Shown: piece after piece, positions 31,193 through 38,070 of the stretch
Layout of the letters: each line of letters opens with the position of its first letter
Position numbering within the stretch: position 1 is the stretch's first letter
Origin: Sphaeroforma arctica JP610
Lineage: Eukaryota
NCBI RefSeq assembly: GCF_001186125.1
Contig: NW_014039925.1
Location: 16,142 to 54,211, forward strand
Direction: 5' to 3'
Length of the DNA: 38,070 nt
Made by a program: the position numbers and the translations under genes
The notes under the pieces: generated by a model
Database searches by the model: none
Seen by the model: the letters and a program-made list of their open reading frames with translations, nothing else
Told to the model about the DNA's origin: nothing

Positions 31193-33914
31193 CCAAGGAT
31201 TTGACAGATAGATTCGTGAAGAAAAAAATGGTATTACAAAATTATGACTTGAATGCGATAAAAGGGGTAGTGGTTTGCGAACGATGTAATAAAAGCAAAT
31301 TTTGGGGCGACCGCAAACACACACCGTCAGACCAAAAAGCAAGAACACAAGCTGTAGCAAGGATACACAAAGCTACATGATGACACACAACGGAAACATA
31401 GATAGACAATGTATTTTAAGGGAGAATGTACAGACATGATCGAATGCGTGTTTTATGTGTCGCTGTAATATACGGGGATAAATCAACCGGTGCCTGGTTT
31501 GTCGACAAAGTCGAAGTTGCCAATTGCCTACTGCCACTAACAAAGAGGACGCGGGTCACAACCGATGAACGTGAAGGAGAAGTATTATATTGAAGGTAAT
31601 ACCTTGCCACAATCATATAAGTTGTGTCCATGCAAGGGCTCTATTAGAGAGTTTTTGCGAGTTAGGCGATCCTGGCGAAACAGATGGACAGTCACGTTTA
31701 TCAAAGAGTTTGTCGAAGTGAATCGTGCTCGATGGAATCCAATGCATACAATGCATTCAATTTTTTTAAAAGAGGAGATGATTTTGGATGAACGTAGTAT
31801 GGTATATAGACGAATATTGAGAGAGGACTAAAGATGTATCAGGTGCTCGATTGGGTGCCGGAACATGTTAGCTGAGAAGAAATGACTTGATAACTAATGT
31901 TCAGCCTTTCATAAAGTTGTATACAACCACAGCGTATGTATTGTATTATACGACGAAAATTTGAACCGATACCACCCATTACATGTAAAGTTTAAAATAT
32001 TTACATGTTGGAGTATCACCATCTTAAGAACGTTTAAACTAATCATTGGTCTGGAATGTCAGTAGAAATCAAGTGCTCGAAGTGACCACTCTGATTTTGT
32101 TAGCTGACATCAACTTCTCCTTTAAAGAAAACTGTTTGTTGTCTTGAGTTTTGTTGATCACTTCGCAATATATATTGAACAAATTCCGAAAGTTTTCGTA
32201 GACAAGGGGGATGTAAGTGAGTGTCAGGCCAATTATGCATCGTATCTGTAAAATCAGCACAACGTTGCAAATTAACATGCCATCTCGGATTATTCTGTAA
32301 TTGTCGGAAATGATGTGGAAAACATTGTTTTCATCGAACTGATTTTGAACCCCTGTTTGAGTTCGCGTGGTTGTCACCGCCGATGACTGAAACGTACTAT
32401 TTGTCAAATTGTGTGATACTGTTTTCAAGGTGCTTTTTAACTAGATTTTTTTTTGTAGTATTCGAGTGCTCAATGTGCCCACCCTCTGTTTTTTTGTTGA
32501 TAGCGATTTGACTGTTCAGCGGGATGCGCAAGTTGACTTGTAATTATCATCACATCGCAAAATAATCATCAAATTCTTTTGATTCTAAGTACAAATGTCC
32601 CTTTTGCGTATCCTGCTACTTGATTCCCCCATTGGTTTATAGGAGGAGTCATGGATTTGCTTAAACTGATTGTATATATACTTTTCGAGAGGTGGGTAAT
32701 TTCACCCCACCATAGACACATGAACCCTACTCTGGTAGCACTTAGGAGAGTAAGGCAGAGGCTCCCTCTCCCCCCCCTCTCAAATTGCAAAACTTTCTTG
32801 GGCGAGGAGTGTTGTATTTTAGGTCGGACGCGTCAAGTATTTGTATGTTCATTGCAGTGTTGTAAACGAACCTAGCACTTTTTGTTTCTTCAGCAATGGC
32901 CAGAGACGGGATGAAATCACATTTTTCATTGTAATGTTTTTCAACCTTTTAGATTTTGCGTGGATATCACCGCATATACAGCAACGTACTCATCAACAAA
33001 TGAAGTTACATAATTTTAGATATTTGTAGTATCTTTTTTATTGTTGGTAGTATTCAAGATCTCGAACTGACCGCCGTGTTCCTTTGATGATAGCGAATTG
33101 GCTGTTTAGTGAAATACGTTTGTTGTCTTGAGTTTTATTCATCATATCGCAGCAAATGTATCAAGATAATTGCCGAGCTTTTCGTTGATCAAGAGTTTGG
33201 CAGCGTCCGTCCATTTCTACATTCATATTTGTGTTCAGTACAACGTTGCATTTGGGAGGCCCCCCTTTTGGAGACGGTGCTAAGATACGTGTTTTACCGA
33301 CTTATTTTTGTATCTCTTGTCGATTTCTTGTGGTAAACTGGTCGATTTTGTTTACGATCTGAATAATTTTTACATCCAAAGTCCCGAGGGTGTCCATCAA
33401 CTGCAGACTTTTGCACCAGAATGTTGTCATCATTTTGCACTCGACGCCACACACATCGCCCAACGTAGATGGATATACTGTATTGTACACGAGATGTTAC
33501 GAAAACTCAAATAGTCAAATAGACGGTGACGCAACAGTAGACTATCGCACCCCACATTCCTCCTATCCGGTCACAACACATCGAGTACGGCAGAACCTCA
33601 CTAAAATCTATATAAGCGCAACTTAGATACATCTGCTATACACGTTTTATAAACCAAAGGAGCAGAGCACTAGAGTTGACAGCTGTATCGTCAGCTGATC
33701 TCCGGTTCGTGCATGCACCAGGGTGTGGAATATGATCTCCTCGACCACGACTACCACAGGTGTACACGATCCGGTATACGTTCCCCTGGGGAGCGCTGTG
33801 AGACTCTTACACTGATTTATTGTAAAGACCATACATAACCAAACGGCAACAAGAGCTCGTGGTTCGACTGTCCAAAGAAGCCCAGTATGTACAGGTTAAC
33901 CTGGTTCATATATC

Positions 33915-36900
33915 CTACCGACCAGAGTAGAAGCCCACCAAAGACGACGGCCGTACTATCAGCTGACCTTCAGATTCTGTGGCATGGAATTCTCTGCTCC
34001 CGCTCCCGCCGCCCCCTCCTGTCTCTTTACGCCTACACATACACTGATCACGGTCTTTGTCACAGGCACACACACCTGCATGTGTGGCACGTTCGTCTCG
34101 CGGGGTGTGTGCTCGATGCTGTTGTCGCTCAATGCAATCGTACTGTGTAAGCCGTGGCGAGGACTCACGCGGATGAGATGACCCGGGTGTATGCCCACCC
34201 CCAGGCGTAGGCCGATCTCTTGGTTCCTCAGTATCCTCAACCCAAGCCTCGTACGTATAATGTGCCGCCAACCCCAGCAAGCAAACGTACAACAGCACCC
34301 ACGACCGTACAGACACGTGCACACACACCAACAAAGCGACCGCCTGTTGCGGGAGAAGCCCGAATAAGCCCCGTTTGGAGGCCCTTGATTCGTGCTCAAT
34401 GACCCAGCTCACCACCACTACCAACCCAACTACGCCTAATGAATGCATATCAGTAAACACATGGTACCAGGCAGCTTCGCTCGTTTCCATCTGTGCTTGT
34501 GTTGTAGCAGGTACGTATCGAGCTAGCGCAAAGAGCACCCCCTGTGCTATGCTAGACAGCACAAACCAGTGAGATGCTATAACCTCCAAGGATGTGGAAA
34601 GGTCTGCATATGTCCCATTCCCATTCCCGCTTCCCTGCATATGGTCATGTGTACGTGCCTGTGTACGCTCCCTCATGCGCGCACATCGTTGTGCAGCAGG
34701 TTCTCCTGGGCCACACTTGCCACGGCTGTACGCCTGACTGTGTGCGTCGGTGTGTGACGTACTCATAGGCTCGGTGTAAGGGGGCGGGTGCTCGGACGGG
34801 GCTGTGTGTAGTGCCAGTACTAACGAACTACCGCTGCCCCCAGTGCTGATCTCACTACTACTACTACTACTACCTTGACTACCGGGACATAAAACACCGT
34901 TGTTGGCGACACCTCCACCAGAACCGATTGCCTCGGCACCAAACGTATGCCTGCGCTCTCGTTTCGACGTATTCGTTCGCCCGTCCTGTGACTTCTCGTG
35001 CGTGTGTGGCGTGCTTCCTTCACCATCGTTGGCATACAACGGTGCGTGTAAAGCGTGTGTACAGGCATCCGCCTCGGAATACACCCCGGCCAGGTACACG
35101 TCACTCATAATCATGACGAGTGCGGGGAGCAACAAGACAAGCGCCGGGGCGGTGGGATAGTCCATCTTGAACAGCCACCCGATCTTCACCACACCCACCA
35201 TGCAATACAGGGCTGCCTTGACATTCCGGGGTGATGGTGCAGGGGCATGCGGATATGTATGGGAGTAGGTGTGGGACTGTGTATGTGGTGTACGTGCTTC
35301 TGGATCGAATCGAGGGCGGGGCTGTGTCTCGGAGAGCGCTAGCACGTCTCTGTCCCCAGCTCGCTGCGTATGCGTATCTGGTTGCGTGTGCGTGGGTGTG
35401 TGCGTGGGCGTGTGCGTGGGCATGTGCGTGGGCGTGTGCGTGGGCATGTGCGTGTTCTGAGTGTGCACCCCCCCGGTACTTCGGTCATGGTGTGATTGCC
35501 CAGTGGTACGTTCAGATGTATCCTGCGCCAACATCTTTCGCCCCAAACACCAGTCCCACACCTCCCGCACGTGCGCCTGTACCGTCTCTAGACGACGCCT
35601 GTGTCTATCGCGTGACCCGTCCTCTACATCCCGTCCGGTGTAACATCTATCTGTACGTGCGTGCGTCGACTCCTCCAATTCCTGGTTAATTGTCCGTGGT
35701 GTCCTGCGCGTAGAAGATGTGTTGGGTAGTGCATTATCTGCATCGGTATCTGTATTCGTATGCACACGTGTGTCGGAAGCCGGCCCGACCTCCCTGGTTG
35801 TGCGCGGGCGAGTACTAGGCCGGAGGTTTGCACGAGTATCTGTGGAATATTGACGGGTATCTGTGGCATTTGCGCCCGATCCTGATCCACTATGGCTCCA
35901 ATGGGGCCGCGAAGAAACAGACGGAGACGTGCCGACTCTCCGCTTCTCTCCTTTGTCTTGTGGCGCAGACCGACTGTACATACTGGCACTGGAATGTGAA
36001 TATCTTCTTGTGTGGGTGTGTTTGGGTGTGTGTGTAAGTGTAAGTGTATGTATATGTGTGCGTGCGCGTGTGAGGGGTGACGCTGTGTTCCTATCACGCA
36101 CACATGTGCCGGAGGACGTACTACGAGTATTCCCAGGTGTGGGCTCAGTGTGTGTAGGTAGATCATCGTCACTTGCCTTATATGGTGCAGAGTTGGAATG
36201 CGCGGCAGAATCGTCATACGAGACCAAGGTTCGGGTAGTGGGCAGCGAGGGACGTGCGTATGCCGCCAGCTGGCCCTTGTTGTCATGGGAACCGCGGTTG
36301 GCATGGTTACCGTTCGAGTGTCTGTACGTATGCACATCCCGGGAGTCGCTTTCCGAGCGTCGAGCTACACGCTTCCTTGGACTGTCGCGCATCGAGTGTG
36401 TGTGACCAGTCCCTTTCTCCTCCGCCGTTTCCGCCCCACCTGCTCTACTTGCACCTGAGCTCTCCTCGTTCTGTTGTGTGCGAGTGTGAGACGGTTGTGA
36501 TTGGTGTTCTAAAGAGAGCCTCGCCACACTCTCCAACGGCTGCGGTTGCGATGGGTGCTGCTTGGGCTCCTGCGATTGTGATTGGTGTTCTAAAAATAGC
36601 CTTCCCAGTATAGTTGCGGTTTCCTTTGCGGTGGGGCGGTTGTTGGGATTGCGTGACAGAAGACTCCGTGCCAGCGCTACTAAAGATTTGGATCGTTGAG
36701 TGTCCTGTGCATAAATTGATGTACAGAACAGGAGCGGTTCAATGTTAAAATCACAATTGACAGTACAAACACGCTATTCATGGATGGAAGTAAGTATGAA
36801 AATGTTAGTGAGTAAGCAATGCATGATGATTCAGCGTGTACAAATAGTATGCACAGACGCGGGGTTCAAGGAGAGGGGGGCGGCGAAAGGTAGTAGGAGT

Positions 36901-37177
36901 AGATCAAAGGCATAGAAGTACATTAGATGAATAGTGGAATCAAGTCGATATGGGAAACCCTTGACACGTGACTATAAAGCTAAGCGGGCAATGCGAGTAG
37001 ACGTATCGATGGCATAAGGTGATTCGCCGAAATATACGTATCAGCATCGCAATTTCAGGGCAAATTATCATACAACAGCACACACACTACCACAGTACCA
37101 CGATATCACCGAACACAACTAGCATGGCACCCATATCCGCGACTATCATACGTATATATATATATATTTATATATAC

Positions 37178-37221
<44 letters not shown>

Positions 37222-37592
37222 ACTATACTATACATATATACATACATACATACATACATATATAAATACATACATACATCCACACGTCCATACTTACATA
37301 AATAAATACATATATACATACATACATACATATATACATAATATACATACACACAAATACACACATGACAAAGACACACCGACTAGTAAATACGATACCT
37401 TGACCGTGTCTGGGTAGGTAATGGTTTGTTCGCAGTTCAGCATCTCCTCCGCTAGTTCCTGGGGAGAGTCCGCATCGTACTGCCACGGCAGTTTCCCGTA
37501 CAACAGCACGTACAGTACTACGCCCACACTGAACATGTCACTCTGCGAATCGTAGGCCGTTTTGTAGACCCCCCCCTCGTTTTCAAGTAGCT
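33915..37592 (-). CDS. Ser/Thr protein kinase, last two exons (37592-37399; 36704-33915), with a long low-complexity tail and C-terminal transmembrane segments; possibly IKS1 family; 5' exons lie outside the window
   Basis: (AP)[27 protein letters not shown] (subdomains VIII-IX) splices in phase 0 to [18 protein letters not shown] (XI), which is in frame with the 873-aa ORF. Hydrophobic blocks include [26 protein letters not shown]. Confidence 0.85.
37148..37365. repeat. (TA)n/(TACA)n microsatellite in the kinase intron
   Basis: Directly visible. Confidence 0.92.
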
Positions 37593-37917
37593 CTAGGTGT
37601 GATAGAACGCGCAGGTGTACGAGTATGGTATGTTAGGTGGATTGGGGTCTACGTACATGCGTTTACTTAGTTGATTCACCAGAAGATGACAGAATAAATG
37701 ACTAAACAATGCGGGGCAGAACCTGGAAAGTGCAGCCCAATACACAGCCGTGAGAGCGTGCTCGAAGAGGTATTGTGTGTCGGATATATGATGTGATGTG
37801 ATGCACATTAGCGAGATGCGGAGATACCACTCTGCGAATGGTTTGTGTCACCAAAGTCACAGTCAAACACTATGTAGTGTGCTCAATGTGGGGTGGTTCT
37901 GTGCAACCATTCCAAAC

Positions 37918-38070
37918 ACTCACACCCACATATCTACTTACACATACGCACAATCACACATACACATGCACATATACACACACACGCGCCTACATCAACA
38001 TGCGTACACCTACATACACACATACACACACACACATACGCATACACACACACACACACACGACACACAC
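37918..38070. repeat. (CA)n-rich microsatellite
   Basis: Directly visible. Confidence 0.85.

Larger units (their letters stand above)
27480..31831 (+). pseudogene. Possible heavily decayed Fanzor/TnpB-like ORF (pieces about 27480-28280 and 31200-31831) interrupted by a LINE
   Basis: Correctly ordered Fanzor-like motifs across frameshifts: QKA..I, AVIYGDKS, (E)YL.T.S.KLCPC, CRSESC, NAFN..ERSMVYRR*. The RuvC-I GxDPG motif was not found. Recognised by pattern only. Confidence 0.4.

Noticed and set aside
33959..36613. Many overlapping alternate-frame and antisense ORFs
   Set aside because: Shadows of the GC-rich long kinase exon.

Overview
Intron-rich, repeat-laden eukaryotic genomic DNA with two N-gaps. 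The style is typical of a unicellular holozoan or protist draft assembly; this is an inference. The left half carries three spliced genes rebuilt by hand from GT-AG junctions: PIG-F/GPI11 (-, 4 exons, 219 aa), a divergently transcribed HYPK (+) and a prokaryote-like UPF0173 metallo-beta-lactamase-fold hydrolase (-, 6 exons, 253 aa). These are followed by a tRNA-Ala(UGC). The middle (about 17.3-33.5 kb) is a transposon graveyard. It holds a Ty1/copia RT fragment joined directly to the tRNA, two copies of one LINE family, and a heavily decayed Fanzor/TnpB-like ORF split by a LINE. It also holds a degenerate PIF/Harbinger-ISL2EU-type DDE transposase converging on an Exo1/XPG-family nuclease + SWIM zinc-finger reading frame, which is the most unusual arrangement in the window. 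The right end holds the last two exons of a Ser/Thr kinase with a long membrane-anchored tail (possibly IKS1-like). A recurring pattern is tandem duplication of exon ends and splice sites into minisatellites and decaying pseudo-exons.
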